The notes under the pieces: model-generated
Seen by the model: only the letters and a program-made list of their open reading frames with translations
What the model was told of the DNA's origin: nothing
The model's database searches: none
Origin: an uncultured Pelagibacteraceae bacterium
Lineage (GTDB): Bacteria > Pseudomonadota > Alphaproteobacteria > Pelagibacterales > Pelagibacteraceae
Length of the DNA: 64,000 nt
Direction: 5' to 3'
Assembly: GCA_902524945.1 (NCBI GenBank)
Contig: CABZFF010000002.1
Coordinates: 79,811-143,810 of the forward strand
Translations under genes and position numbers: made by a program
Shown: in pieces, positions 9,890-19,987 of the stretch
How positions within the stretch are numbered: position 1 is the stretch's first letter
Layout of the letters: each line of letters starts with the position of its first letter

Positions 9890-12274
9890 ATGAAAACTTC
9901 TTATTTAAAACCCTTATTACCATTGAGAGATATAGTTATATTTCCATCAATGGTCGTTCCTTTATTTGTAGGTAGGGAAAAATCAATTAAAGCCTTACAA
10001 GAAGTAATGAAGGCTGATAAATCAATAATTTTGGTTACACAAAAAAATTCAGAGGTCGACGATCCTGAGAGTAAAGATCTTTATCAGTACGGCTGTTTGA
10101 GTAAAGTTCTACAACTTTTGAAATTACCTGATGGCACAGTTAAGGTTTTAGTAGAGGGGGAAAAAAGAGTAAAAATATTAAAATATGTCGAAGAAAAAAC
10201 AGATTATTTAAATTGCGAGGTAGAAATAATTGAAGATCAAAATGTTACAAAAGATCTCGATCAATTAGCAATAGGTCTTGTTAAAAAATTTGAAAGATTA
10301 CAATTATTAAGTAAAAAAGATGTGAATGATAGTTCTTCAAATATAAAAAATTTAAAAAATCCTTCTCAAATAGCAAATAATATTTCTGCTAACTTAAACA
10401 TTCAAATATTTGAGAAGCAGGAACTATTAGAAATAACTGATTTAAAGAAAAAATTAGAAAAAATTCATTCATTTATTGAAAAAGAAACAAGTGTGATCTC
10501 TGTTGAGAAAAAAATAAGAGGAAGAGTAAAAAATCAAATGGAAAAGACTCAAAGAGAGTATTATTTAAACGAACAATTGAAAGCAATTCAAAAAGAGTTA
10601 GGCGAGATAGATGAAGGCAAAGACGAAATGACCTCTATATCAAGAGCTATTACAGAAGCGAAAATGCCTAAATTAGCAAAAGAAAAGTGTTTATCAGAAC
10701 TGAAGAAATTAAAAGCAATGAGTCCGATGTCAGCAGAAGCTACAGTTGTGAGAAATTATTTAGACTGGATGACAGAGCTACCTTGGTCAAACAAAACTAA
10801 AACTAATACTGATTTAGTTAATGCCCAAAAAATTTTAGACGAAGATCACTACGGATTAGAAAAGGTTAAAGAAAGAATTATAGAGTTTCTTGCAGTGCAA
10901 AAAAGAATTCAAAAAATGAAAGGTCCAATACTGTGTTTAGTTGGACCCCCTGGAGTAGGAAAAACTTCTTTAGGAAAATCTATAGCTAAAGCTACTAATA
11001 GAAAATTTATTAGGATTTCACTTGGAGGAATCAGGGATGAAGCAGAGATAAGAGGCCATAGGCGAACTTATATTGGCTCATTACCAGGAAAAATAATTCA
11101 AATGATGAAAAAAGCAGGTACGAAAAATCCTCTATTTTTATTAGATGAAATAGATAAAGTTGGAAATGATTATAGAGGAGATCCATCTTCTGCTCTTCTC
11201 GAAGCTTTAGATCCTGAACAGAATAAAGAATTCAATGATCATTATTTAGAGGTAGATTATGACCTCTCAGATGTTATGTTTGTAACAACTGCTAACACTC
11301 TTAACATTTTACCACCATTGCTTGATAGAATGGAAGTAATTAGATTGTCTGGGTACACCGAAGATGAAAAAGTAAATATTTCTCAGAAATTTTTAATTCC
11401 CAATCAAAGTAAAAATAATGGTTTAAAAAATGAGGAATGGGCTATTAATGAGGAAATTAATAGAAAAATAATAAGGAACTACACTAGAGAGTCCGGAGTA
11501 AGAAATCTTGAAAGAGAAATTTCTAAAATAGCGAGAAAACTCGTTAAGAAAATTGATAGCAAACAAAAAATAAATAACCCGATTAATGAAAGTGACTTAA
11601 AAGATTTACTTGGCGTTCAGAAATTTAATTACGGAGAGATAGAAGAGGAAAATAGAATAGGAGTTGTTACCGGTCTAGCTTGGACAGAAGTTGGAGGAGA
11701 AATTCTTAAGATCGAGTCTGCAGTAATGCCTGGGAAAGGCAAAATGCAAATAACTGGAAAATTAGGTGATGTGATGCAAGAGTCTGTAAAAGCAGCTAAG
11801 TCATACATAAGATCTAAAAGCTTAGACTATGGAATAATACCACCAATTTTCGATAAAAAAGATTTTCATATACATGTTCCTGAAGGAGCTACACCTAAGG
11901 ATGGACCTTCAGCAGGAGTAGGAATGGTAACTTCAATTATTTCTGCAATTACAGAAATACCAGTGAATAAAAATGTTGCTATGACTGGAGAGATAACATT
12001 GAGAGGATTAGTTTTGCCAATAGGCGGACTGAAAGAGAAATTATTGGCTGCTCACAGAGCTGGAATTAAAAAAGTTTTAATTCCTATTGAAAATAAAAAA
12101 GATCTTGTGGAGGTTCCAAAAACTATTTTACAATCAATGGAGATATTACCAGTTAAAAACGTAGATGAAGTTCTAAAGGTCGCATTAGTGAAACCACTTA
12201 AAAGAGTAGAATGGGTTGAAGTTGACCAAATTTCAAAAAAAGCTAAAGAAAAAGAGGAATTAAGTAGACATTAA
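9890..12274 (+). CDS. lon: Lon (La) ATP-dependent protease
   Basis: LPLRD N-domain, GPPGVGKTS, PKDGPSAG catalytic Ser, GGLKEK. Confidence 0.98.
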   Translation: MKTSYLKPLLPLRDIVIFPSMVVPLFVGREKSIKALQEVMKADKSIILVTQKNSEVDDPESKDLYQYGCLSKVLQLLKLPDGTVKVLVEGEKRVKILKYVEEKTDYLNCEVEIIEDQNVTKDLDQLAIGLVKKFERLQLLSKKDVNDSSSNIKNLKNPSQIANNISANLNIQIFEKQELLEITDLKKKLEKIHSFIEKETSVISVEKKIRGRVKNQMEKTQREYYLNEQLKAIQKELGEIDEGKDEMTSISRAITEAKMPKLAKEKCLSELKKLKAMSPMSAEATVVRNYLDWMTELPWSNKTKTNTDLVNAQKILDEDHYGLEKVKERIIEFLAVQKRIQKMKGPILCLVGPPGVGKTSLGKSIAKATNRKFIRISLGGIRDEAEIRGHRRTYIGSLPGKIIQMMKKAGTKNPLFLLDEIDKVGNDYRGDPSSALLEALDPEQNKEFNDHYLEVDYDLSDVMFVTTANTLNILPPLLDRMEVIRLSGYTEDEKVNISQKFLIPNQSKNNGLKNEEWAINEEINRKIIRNYTRESGVRNLEREISKIARKLVKKIDSKQKINNPINESDLKDLLGVQKFNYGEIEEENRIGVVTGLAWTEVGGEILKIESAVMPGKGKMQITGKLGDVMQESVKAAKSYIRSKSLDYGIIPPIFDKKDFHIHVPEGATPKDGPSAGVGMVTSIISAITEIPVNKNVAMTGEITLRGLVLPIGGLKEKLLAAHRAGIKKVLIPIENKKDLVEVPKTILQSMEILPVKNVDEVLKVALVKPLKRVEWVEVDQISKKAKEKEELSRH

Positions 12275-12277
12275 TTT

Positions 12278-13159
12278 TTAATCAAGCCAAATCTTAAACT
12301 TTTCCCTATTATCTAAAATATATTGCGGTAAAAAGCCGTCAGTTTCTTTTATCAGTTTAACACCTGAACTCCATTTTTTCTCTCTTTTATCAGCGCTGTG
12401 GTCATAAAATATTTTTTTTTGATTAATTATTTTTTCTACATCTTCAACCCCCATCCCGCTTTCTTCATATTCTAAATGATGTAAAAAATTTTTCATTTTA
12501 AAGTCTATTTGTTCAGGAGACTTTATATTCGTAAAATGCCATCCCCCGTTTTCTACAAAATTTATATTGTTATATTTAGTCTTTGAAAAAATTAAATCCA
12601 ATCTCCAAAGTGGGTATTTTTTAGATTTAACATTTCTTAACCATTGAGGGCTTTTTAAATGTTTTTTTTTACACAATTTTGAACCATACCATTTAAAATT
12701 TTGATGTAATAAATTAAATTTGTAATAATACATTTTTTGTTCAAAAAAAGTAATTTTACACTTATATTTAAAATTTTTTAGATTAGGTATTTCATCTACG
12801 TCACTAATAAGTACAAAAGTATCATCATTGAAATTTTTGATTGCAGAGTACAAATGATTTCTTTGAAAATTTTCTCTCAATAAAGCGTTATCTAATATTT
12901 TTGAATTTTTAGTTTCTTGATTATCATTTTGCTGGATTAATCTAAGATTATTTGGTTGTTTTGTGAGTGGAATATAAATTATTTTGTCTTTAAACTTTTT
13001 ATAATTATTGATATTAAACTTTAATTCTCTGTTTGTTCCGTTATGATTAAAATTTGCCTCACAAATGACAAAATGAGATATGTATTTATCTAAAATGTTT
13101 AGACGAATATCTAAAATCATTTCTTCATCAAAGAACATAAAACAATCGATGAAATTCAT
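12278..13159 (-). CDS. Glycosyltransferase family 17-like protein (beta-1,4-GlcNAc transferase III-like)
   Basis: IDCFMFFDE...LDIRLNIL...FVICE, RENFQRN, LISDVDEIP (DxD) and GGWHFT motifs characteristic of GT17. Confidence 0.82.
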   Translation of the reverse strand: MNFIDCFMFFDEEMILDIRLNILDKYISHFVICEANFNHNGTNRELKFNINNYKKFKDKIIYIPLTKQPNNLRLIQQNDNQETKNSKILDNALLRENFQRNHLYSAIKNFNDDTFVLISDVDEIPNLKNFKYKCKITFFEQKMYYYKFNLLHQNFKWYGSKLCKKKHLKSPQWLRNVKSKKYPLWRLDLIFSKTKYNNINFVENGGWHFTNIKSPEQIDFKMKNFLHHLEYEESGMGVEDVEKIINQKKIFYDHSADKREKKWSSGVKLIKETDGFLPQYILDNREKFKIWLD

Positions 13160-13210
13160 TATAATTGAGTTATATTAAAACTTATTATAAGTAAATATCA
13201 TCATTTAAAT

Positions 13211-15769
13211 ATGGCAAAAAAAATAATCATTACTGGTGGTCTTGGATATATAGGGACTGAGCTTTGTAAACTCTACTCAGGCGTGAGCTGGAATCACAAA
13301 ATAACTATTATTGATAATAGGTTTATATCACATCGAGTGAGTCAATTACGTAAATGGAATATGGAATTTATTCAAGGAGATATTTTAGATAAAGAATTTG
13401 TAAAAAAATACTTTATTGATGCTGATGTGGTTCATCATTTAGCGGGAGTTACAAATGTGCCTAGAACTAAGCTAGACTCAAACCCAGCACAAGATGAAAA
13501 AATTAAACAAGTTGGAGTTGAAGGGACACAAAATATTTTAAATAGCATAACTCAAAAATGTAAGATTATTTTTCCATCCACCCACGTTGTTTTTGAAGGG
13601 ATTAATGATGTGAGAAAGGATATTAATGAAGAAGAAATTACAAAACCTATTTTAGCTTATTCTTCCTCCAAAGCTATGAACGAAAATCAATTAAAAAAGT
13701 CTGGAAAAAATTATGTAATACTTCGATTAGGTTCTGTTTACGGATATTCCTCTGATACTATGCGTATAGATATTATGCCTAATTTATTTTCAAAAATTAC
13801 ATCACAAAACGGGACCTTAAAACTTTTTGCTGGAGGCAGACAACTTAAAAGTCTTGTACCACTTATTGACGTAGCGAGATGTTTTAAATTTATGGAGGAA
13901 AAAGATGAAATTAAATCGCAGATTTTTAATTTAACCAAGGATACCGTTACAGTTAAGAGCGTAGCACAAATTTGTAAAAAATATAACAAGAAAGTAGAGT
14001 TGAAAGAGACGAATGATGAAGTTCCTAATTTAGGATTTTCATTATCAAACAAAAAACTAATCAACAACGGTTTTAAATTTCTTTATAATCTTGATGAAAG
14101 TATTAAAGAAATGATCACAAAATGGTCTGCTCAAAATTTCATTAAAGATTTAGAATATGTAAAAGATGGAGAAAATTTATTTAAGGATGAAAGAGGTAAA
14201 ATTAGCAATCACGAGCTTACTGAACCTATAAATTTAATAGGATTGATTGACTCAAAAAAAGGAACTATTAGAGCTAACCATTATCATCCCCAACAAGAGC
14301 AAAAATGTTTATTTATTAAGGGGCAAATAATTGAGATATTTCAAGATATATTAAATCCAGACTCTCCAAAAATAACCCAAGTAATAAATGAGGGACAACT
14401 TTCTGTTATTAAACCGAATGTTGCTCACGCTATGGTTTTTACGAAAGATACCACTTTTTTAAATTTAGTAAGAGGAGAAAGAAACCACGAAAATTATGGT
14501 ATCACTCATACAATAAAAAATGTGTTTGTTGACAAGAAAGAAAAAAATTTACTTTTAAATTGTTACAAGTTTGATTGTAGATGTTGTGGAAATAAAAATT
14601 TAAAACGAGTTGTTTCTTTAGGATACCAACCTCTTGCTAATAATTTAATTAGTACAAAAAATGAGAAATATGAAACTTATCCCTTAGAAGTTAATTACTG
14701 TGAAAAATGTCATAATTGTCAACTTTCTGTATCTGTTGATCCTAAAAAAATGTTCTCTAACTATTTGTATACCTCTTCAACTTCCAAGATTTTTCGAGGG
14801 CATTTCGTAGATGCTGCAAAAAAATATGTTAAAGAATTTAAATTGAAAAAGAAAAAATCTTATATAATTGATATTGGTAGCAATGATGGTGTTGCTTTGA
14901 AACCATTTTTAGACTTAGGTTTTAAAAATGTTTTAGGTATTGAACCTGCAAAAAATTTAGCCAAAATAGCAAATAAAAATAAAATTAAAACTTTTAATGG
15001 ATTTCTAGAGAGTAAAAATTTAAAAAAAATAAAAAAAAACGCAGACCTAATATTAGCTTCAAATGTATTTGCACATTCTGATAAACTCAAAGATATGGCA
15101 GAATGTATGTTGAAATTAATAAATAAAAAAGGCACTATTATTATTGAGGTTCAGTATTTAATAAATACTTTAAAAGATTTAACGTTTGATAATATATACC
15201 ACGAACATTATAATTATTGGTCTCTGACGTCGCTAGTAAATTTCTTTAATCAATTTAATGTAAAAATATTTAGGTGTGAAACAATTAATACTCATGGTGG
15301 TTCAATAAGAATTTATATAAGAAAGGGTAAAGAAGTAAAAATTGAACAGAGTGTAAAAAAAATGTTAAGGGAGGAAGAAATTTTTGGTATCAAAAAATAT
15401 GATACTTACAGAGAATTTGGGCAAAAAGTTTATGAAATAAGAAAAAACGTAAGAAAAAATATAAAAAAAATGAGAAAAGAGAACAGAAAAATAATCGGTT
15501 ACGGTGCTCCAGCTAAAGCGACCACTGCTTTAAACTTTTTTGGCATATCAAATGAAATAGAATTTATTGTAGAAGATAATAAGTTAAAACATAATAAAAT
15601 AATTCCTGGCGTTAAAATTCCAATTAGAAGTAAGTCATATGTTAAAGACAAAAATAATACCTTAATAGTATTAGCTTGGAATTTTTATGAGGATATTAAA
15701 AAAAATAATTTAAATCTATCTAAAAATATTATTAACATTAAAGATTTAGAGACTAATAAGTTGTCATAA
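13211..15769 (+). CDS. Three-domain NDP-sugar modifying enzyme: NAD-dependent epimerase/reductase (SDR) + cupin isomerase/epimerase + Zn-binding SAM-dependent C-methyltransferase
   Basis: TGGLGYIG and YSSSK (aa ~1-305); DERG...RANHYH...VAHAM cupin (aa ~315-440); CRCC...PLAN...CEKC, DIGSNDG, FDNIYHEH, HGGSIR, GYGAPAK, LAWNF (aa ~455-852). Confidence 0.88.
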   Translation: MAKKIIITGGLGYIGTELCKLYSGVSWNHKITIIDNRFISHRVSQLRKWNMEFIQGDILDKEFVKKYFIDADVVHHLAGVTNVPRTKLDSNPAQDEKIKQVGVEGTQNILNSITQKCKIIFPSTHVVFEGINDVRKDINEEEITKPILAYSSSKAMNENQLKKSGKNYVILRLGSVYGYSSDTMRIDIMPNLFSKITSQNGTLKLFAGGRQLKSLVPLIDVARCFKFMEEKDEIKSQIFNLTKDTVTVKSVAQICKKYNKKVELKETNDEVPNLGFSLSNKKLINNGFKFLYNLDESIKEMITKWSAQNFIKDLEYVKDGENLFKDERGKISNHELTEPINLIGLIDSKKGTIRANHYHPQQEQKCLFIKGQIIEIFQDILNPDSPKITQVINEGQLSVIKPNVAHAMVFTKDTTFLNLVRGERNHENYGITHTIKNVFVDKKEKNLLLNCYKFDCRCCGNKNLKRVVSLGYQPLANNLISTKNEKYETYPLEVNYCEKCHNCQLSVSVDPKKMFSNYLYTSSTSKIFRGHFVDAAKKYVKEFKLKKKKSYIIDIGSNDGVALKPFLDLGFKNVLGIEPAKNLAKIANKNKIKTFNGFLESKNLKKIKKNADLILASNVFAHSDKLKDMAECMLKLINKKGTIIIEVQYLINTLKDLTFDNIYHEHYNYWSLTSLVNFFNQFNVKIFRCETINTHGGSIRIYIRKGKEVKIEQSVKKMLREEEIFGIKKYDTYREFGQKVYEIRKNVRKNIKKMRKENRKIIGYGAPAKATTALNFFGISNEIEFIVEDNKLKHNKIIPGVKIPIRSKSYVKDKNNTLIVLAWNFYEDIKKNNLNLSKNIINIKDLETNKLS

Positions 15770-16286
15770 GATCTTTCCACAATTCATAAATATTTCTCAC
15801 GCTTTCAAAAAAATAATTTAAATAATACTCAGAGGCCGGTATTTTTGAAATTATAAACGCCTGTGAAAAATATAAAATACGCGATAATGCTACTACTAAA
15901 AAAATAAATACAATCATTGAGTTGTAAAATCCGAAAGAAACTTCTCCTTTTTCTTTTTTACTCATTTTGTTTATAGGCTGCGAGTCATTAATTTTGATAC
16001 CATGTTTTTTTGCTAAATATTCTGGTGAGTACAAACTAATTTCTCTTGTCTTTTTTGGAGTTGTTTTTTTTATTTTTTTTGGTTTTTTAATTTTTTGTTG
16101 GGCTGGCTTAAGTTTCGAAACTACTTTTTGTGGTAGAGAAATCGATTGATTTTTGCTGATAATCCCCTCAGGGAATTGTTTCCATTTATTCCCGCATGAA
16201 CCACACTGAACCATTCTTCCAGATGCGGTTATAGCACTATCAGGAACAACAAATTTTTTACTGCAGGAATTACAATTCAAAATCAT
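15753..16286 (-). CDS. MJ0042-family zinc-ribbon bitopic membrane protein (ZitP-like)
   Basis: N-terminal CNSC...VPDSAI...GRMVQCGSCGNKW, Lys-rich linker, one TM helix near the C-terminus. Confidence 0.82.
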   Translation of the reverse strand: MILNCNSCSKKFVVPDSAITASGRMVQCGSCGNKWKQFPEGIISKNQSISLPQKVVSKLKPAQQKIKKPKKIKKTTPKKTREISLYSPEYLAKKHGIKINDSQPINKMSKKEKGEVSFGFYNSMIVFIFLVVALSRILYFSQAFIISKIPASEYYLNYFFESVRNIYELWKDLMTTY

Positions 16287-16340
16287 ACAATGCCAATAAT
16301 ACTGCTATTTATATAAATTACACTACAATTTAAATACTTT

Positions 16341-16369
16341 TTTACTTTATAAAATTTTTATTGTATATC
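16341..16369 (+). promoter_or_regulatory. Possible sigma70 promoter for tRNA-Val/Asp
   Basis: TTTACT (16341-16346)-N17-TATATC (16364-16369), ending 17 nt before the tRNA. Confidence 0.35.
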
Positions 16370-16386
16370 TCGATTTTATTTAATTA

Positions 16387-16462
16387 GGGCGGTTAGCTCA
16401 GTTGGTAGAGCATCTCGTTTACACCGAGAGGGTCATAGGTTCGAGTCCTTTACCGCCCACCA
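16387..16462 (+). tRNA. tRNA-Val(TAC)
   Basis: GGGCGGT/ACCGCCC-A-CCA acceptor stem; anticodon arm TCTCG-TTTACAC-CGAGA. Confidence 0.97.
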
Positions 16463-16470
16463 TTAAATAA

Positions 16471-16548
16471 GGGGGTGTAGCTCAGTTTGGTTAGAGCGCC
16501 TGCCTGTCACGCAGGAGGTCGCGGGTTCGAGTCCCGTCACTCCCGCCA
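16471..16548 (+). tRNA. tRNA-Asp(GTC)
   Basis: Anticodon arm CCTGC-CTGTCAC-GCAGG, GGTTCGAGTCC T-arm, encoded CCA. Confidence 0.97.
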
Positions 16549-16553
16549 CTAAT

Positions 16554-16590
16554 TGATAATGATTTTCATCTAAAAAGTTGAAAATTATCA
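16554..16590. promoter_or_regulatory. Fur-box-like 7-1-7 site within an imperfect inverted repeat upstream of nuoA
   Basis: TGATAATGATTTTCA (16554-16568; 1 mismatch to TGATAATnATTATCA) followed by TGAAAATTATCA (16579-16590). Confidence 0.35.
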
Positions 16591-16682
16591 TTTATAGATC
16601 AACATATATGCTTCCTTCTGTCCTGTACTCTTCAGCCAAAAATGTTATAAAGAATTACTATTAATATAAGAATCCTTAAACT

Positions 16683-16704
16683 TAGGTATTAAGGTAGGTA
16701 TTAA
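16683..16704 (+). repeat. 10-bp direct repeat just upstream of nuoA
   Basis: TAGGTATTAA at 16683-16692 and 16695-16704. Confidence 0.6.
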
Positions 16705-16712
16705 TAAAAAAA

Positions 16713-17081
16713 ATGATTTATAACTTTTTAACAGATTACTTATCTATAATAATTTTTTTATTTATAGCTTTATTTTTAAGCTTAGGATTTGTGGTTGCAA
16801 ACTTTTTAGCTTCACCATCTAATCCTGATCCTGAAAAACTATCTGCTTACGAATGTGGTTTTGAGGCTTTTGATGATTCTAGAATGGAATTTGACGTTCG
16901 ATTTTATCTTGTAGCAATATTGTTTATAATTTTTGATCTTGAAATAGCGTTTCTTTTTCCATGGGCGATCAGTCTTGGAAGTCTTGGAGCATTGGGTTTT
17001 TGGTCAATGATGATTTTTTTATCAATTTTAACTATAGGATTTATTTATGAGTGGAAAAAAGGAGCTTTAGAATGGGAATAA
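16713..17081 (+). CDS. nuoA: NADH-quinone oxidoreductase subunit A
   Basis: [28 protein letters not shown]. Confidence 0.97.
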   Translation: MIYNFLTDYLSIIIFLFIALFLSLGFVVANFLASPSNPDPEKLSAYECGFEAFDDSRMEFDVRFYLVAILFIIFDLEIAFLFPWAISLGSLGALGFWSMMIFLSILTIGFIYEWKKGALEWE

Positions 17082-17608
17082 AGTTAAATTTATATTCAGA
17101 AAAAGAAAAACAAATACCAGAGGAATTCAAAGAATTAGCCAAAGATTTTGCTGAAAAAGGTTTCATCACAACATCTTCAGAAAATCTGATTAATTGGGCA
17201 AGAACAGGTTCATTACATTGGATGACCTTTGGTTTAGCGTGTTGCGCTGTTGAGATGATGCAAACATCTATGCCAAGATATGATCTTGAAAGATTTGGTG
17301 CAGCACCTAGAGCTTCACCTAGACAATCCGACGTGATGATTGTTGCAGGAACTTTAACAAATAAAATGGCTCCAGCATTGAGAAAAGTTTATGATCAAAT
17401 GCCAGAACCTAGGTATGTTGTATCTATGGGAAGCTGTGCAAATGGAGGAGGTTATTATCATTATTCTTACTCTGTTGTAAGAGGATGTGATAAGATTGTT
17501 CCCGTAGACATTTACATACCTGGATGTCCACCGTCAGCAGAGGCACTCCTTTACGGAATTTTACAATTACAAAAAAAAATTAGAAGAGAAGGTAATTTTC
17601 AAAGGTAA
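17072..17608 (+). CDS. nuoB: NADH-quinone oxidoreductase subunit B
   Basis: [22 protein letters not shown]; ATG 17072. Confidence 0.97.
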   Translation: MGIKLNLYSEKEKQIPEEFKELAKDFAEKGFITTSSENLINWARTGSLHWMTFGLACCAVEMMQTSMPRYDLERFGAAPRASPRQSDVMIVAGTLTNKMAPALRKVYDQMPEPRYVVSMGSCANGGGYYHYSYSVVRGCDKIVPVDIYIPGCPPSAEALLYGILQLQKKIRREGNFQR

Positions 17609-17611
17609 TAC

Positions 17612-18226
17612 ATGATAGAAGATTTAAAAAAACTCGAAAAATTAATTAATTCTGAGCTCACAAGCAAGATTCAAAAATCGATAATAGAAAACAAAGAACT
17701 ATTAATTGAAATAAATGAAAAAGATCTAATAGAAGTGGTGCAATTTTTAAAATCAAACGACAAATGTAAATTTAGACAATTAGTTGACATTGCTGGAGTA
17801 GATTATCCTGAGGAAGAAAAACGTTTTCTACTTGTATATCTTTTTTTATCCCACGAAAATAATTTAAGGATAAAGCTCTCTATCAATTTTGAACCAAACC
17901 AAATAATAAATTCCATCACAAAAATTTTCCCCTCAGCAAATTGGATGGAGAGAGAAGTTTTTGATATGTATGGTGTCAAATTCAAAAATCACCCAGATCT
18001 TAGAAGAATACTTACAGATTATGGTTTTAAAGGACATCCTTTAAGAAAAGATTTTCCTTTAACTGGTTTTAATGAGGTTCGATACAGTGAGAAAGAAAAA
18101 AAAGTAATTTATGAACCCGTTAAACTTGAACAAAATTATAGAAATTTTGATTTTGAAAGCCCATGGGAAGGTACAAGTTATTTAAAAGAGATAAAAAAAG
18201 TTGAAAAAGATGGTAAAAAAAACTAA
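17612..18226 (+). CDS. nuoC: NADH-quinone oxidoreductase subunit C
   Basis: EREVFDMYG...[22 protein letters not shown]. Confidence 0.97.
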   Translation: MIEDLKKLEKLINSELTSKIQKSIIENKELLIEINEKDLIEVVQFLKSNDKCKFRQLVDIAGVDYPEEEKRFLLVYLFLSHENNLRIKLSINFEPNQIINSITKIFPSANWMEREVFDMYGVKFKNHPDLRRILTDYGFKGHPLRKDFPLTGFNEVRYSEKEKKVIYEPVKLEQNYRNFDFESPWEGTSYLKEIKKVEKDGKKN

Positions 18227-19385
18227 GACATTAAATTTAAATTTTGGCCCACAACACCCTGCTGCACACGGTGTGTTGAGATTAATACTAGAATTAGATG
18301 GAGAAGTAGTAGAAAAAGCTGACCCACATATAGGTTTACTTCATAGGGGCACAGAAAAATTGATCGAACAAAAAACCTACACACAAGCCTTACCCTATTT
18401 TGACCGGTTGGATTATGTTGCTCCAATGAACCAAGAACATGCATTTGCACTCGCTTCTGAAAAACTCTTAAATATTGAAGTTCCAATAAGAGCAAAATAT
18501 ATTAGAGTAATTTTTTGTGAAATAGGTAGAATTTTAAGTCATATTCTAAATGTTACAACTCAAGCATTAGATGTAGGGGCGCTCACACCTTCCTTATGGG
18601 GTTTTGAAGAAAGAGAAACTCTAATGACTTTTTATGAAAGAGCTTCTGGCTCAAGGCTACATGCAAATTATTTTAGGACGGGGGGAGTTCATCAAGACAT
18701 TCCTTTAAAACTAGTTGAGGATATTGAAAAATTCTGTAGGTCGTTCCCAAAAATTATCGATGACCTTGAAGCATTACTCACAGACAACCGTATATTCAAA
18801 CAACGGAATGTCGAAATTGGAATCGTTTCTAAGCAAGAGGCATTAGACCATAGTTTTTCAGGCGTAATGTTGAGAGGTTCTGGTGTTCCTTGGGATTTAA
18901 GAAGATCTCAACCATACGAAATTTATAATGATTTAGATTTTAAAATCCCTATTGGAAAAAATGGTGACTGTTATGACCGTTATCTTTGTAGGATTGAAGA
19001 AATGAGAGAAAGCGTGAAAATTATTTTACAATGTATAGAGAAACTTCCAAAAGGCCCAGTCAAATCGATTGATGGTAAAGTATCTCCACCTAATAGAGAG
19101 GATCTTAAACAATCTATGGAAGCATTAATTCACCACTTTAAGCTATTTACTGAAGGCTATAGAGTCCCCAGCGGAAACGTATATACCGCAGTTGAAGCTC
19201 CAAAAGGAGAATTTGGAGTTTACCTGATATCAGACGGTACCAACAAGCCTTATAGATGTAAAATACGAGCACCAGGATTTTCTCACCTTCAAGCAATGGA
19301 CTACTTAATCCGAGGCCATATGTTAGCAGATGTGCCAGCTGTGCTTGGTTCTCTGGATATAGTTTTTGGAGAGGTAGATAGATGA
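18210..19385 (+). CDS. nuoD: NADH-quinone oxidoreductase subunit D
   Basis: [29 protein letters not shown]. Confidence 0.98.
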   Translation: MVKKTKTLNLNFGPQHPAAHGVLRLILELDGEVVEKADPHIGLLHRGTEKLIEQKTYTQALPYFDRLDYVAPMNQEHAFALASEKLLNIEVPIRAKYIRVIFCEIGRILSHILNVTTQALDVGALTPSLWGFEERETLMTFYERASGSRLHANYFRTGGVHQDIPLKLVEDIEKFCRSFPKIIDDLEALLTDNRIFKQRNVEIGIVSKQEALDHSFSGVMLRGSGVPWDLRRSQPYEIYNDLDFKIPIGKNGDCYDRYLCRIEEMRESVKIILQCIEKLPKGPVKSIDGKVSPPNREDLKQSMEALIHHFKLFTEGYRVPSGNVYTAVEAPKGEFGVYLISDGTNKPYRCKIRAPGFSHLQAMDYLIRGHMLADVPAVLGSLDIVFGEVDR

Positions 19386-19987
19386 GTTTAAAAAAAGTCC
19401 ATGATGATCAACCTAAAGAATTTGAATTCTCCAGCGAGAATTTAAAAAAGGCTGATGACATTTTAAAAATGTATCCTGAAAAAAATAAAAAAAGCGCTGT
19501 TATGCCTTTTCTTTATCTGGCTCAAAGGCAGAATAACAATTGGATACCTTTAGCAGCTATGAAGTATATCGCTAATTTTTTATCAATGCCATATATATCA
19601 GTCTATGAAGTAGCTACTTTCTATTCAATGTATAACTTAGCACCTGTAGGAAAATATTTTGTCCAAGTTTGTACAACAACACCTTGTTTAATTCGTGGAG
19701 CTGATAAAATTGTGAAACTTTGTAAAGAAAATATATCACCAAAAGAAAATGAAATTTCAAAAAAGGGTAATTGTTCTTGGATGGAAGTTGAATGCTTGGG
19801 AGCTTGTGTGAGCGCTCCTATGATTCAAATTAATGAGAGCTACTATGAAGATCTAGATGAAAAAAGCACTAAAGCAATTTTAGAATCTTTAATTAAAGAT
19901 AAACCTTTAAAGCCTGGTTCATTCAGAGGTAGAAAAAATACTAGCCCTGAAAAGAAACAATTAGAAAGTGGAGAATATCGTGCTTAA
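19382..19987 (+). CDS. nuoE: NADH-quinone oxidoreductase subunit E
   Basis: [21 protein letters not shown]. Confidence 0.97.
   Translation: MSLKKVHDDQPKEFEFSSENLKKADDILKMYPEKNKKSAVMPFLYLAQRQNNNWIPLAAMKYIANFLSMPYISVYEVATFYSMYNLAPVGKYFVQVCTTTPCLIRGADKIVKLCKENISPKENEISKKGNCSWMEVECLGACVSAPMIQINESYYEDLDEKSTKAILESLIKDKPLKPGSFRGRKNTSPEKKQLESGEYRA

Noticed and set aside
16435-16451. T-T mismatch in the tRNA-Val T-stem as a sign of pseudogenisation
   Set aside because: Single mismatch; all other arms and the CCA end are intact
12275-16548. Prophage or integrative element at tRNA-Val/Asp or tRNA-Leu
   Set aside because: No integrase, transposase or duplicated tRNA 3' end seen
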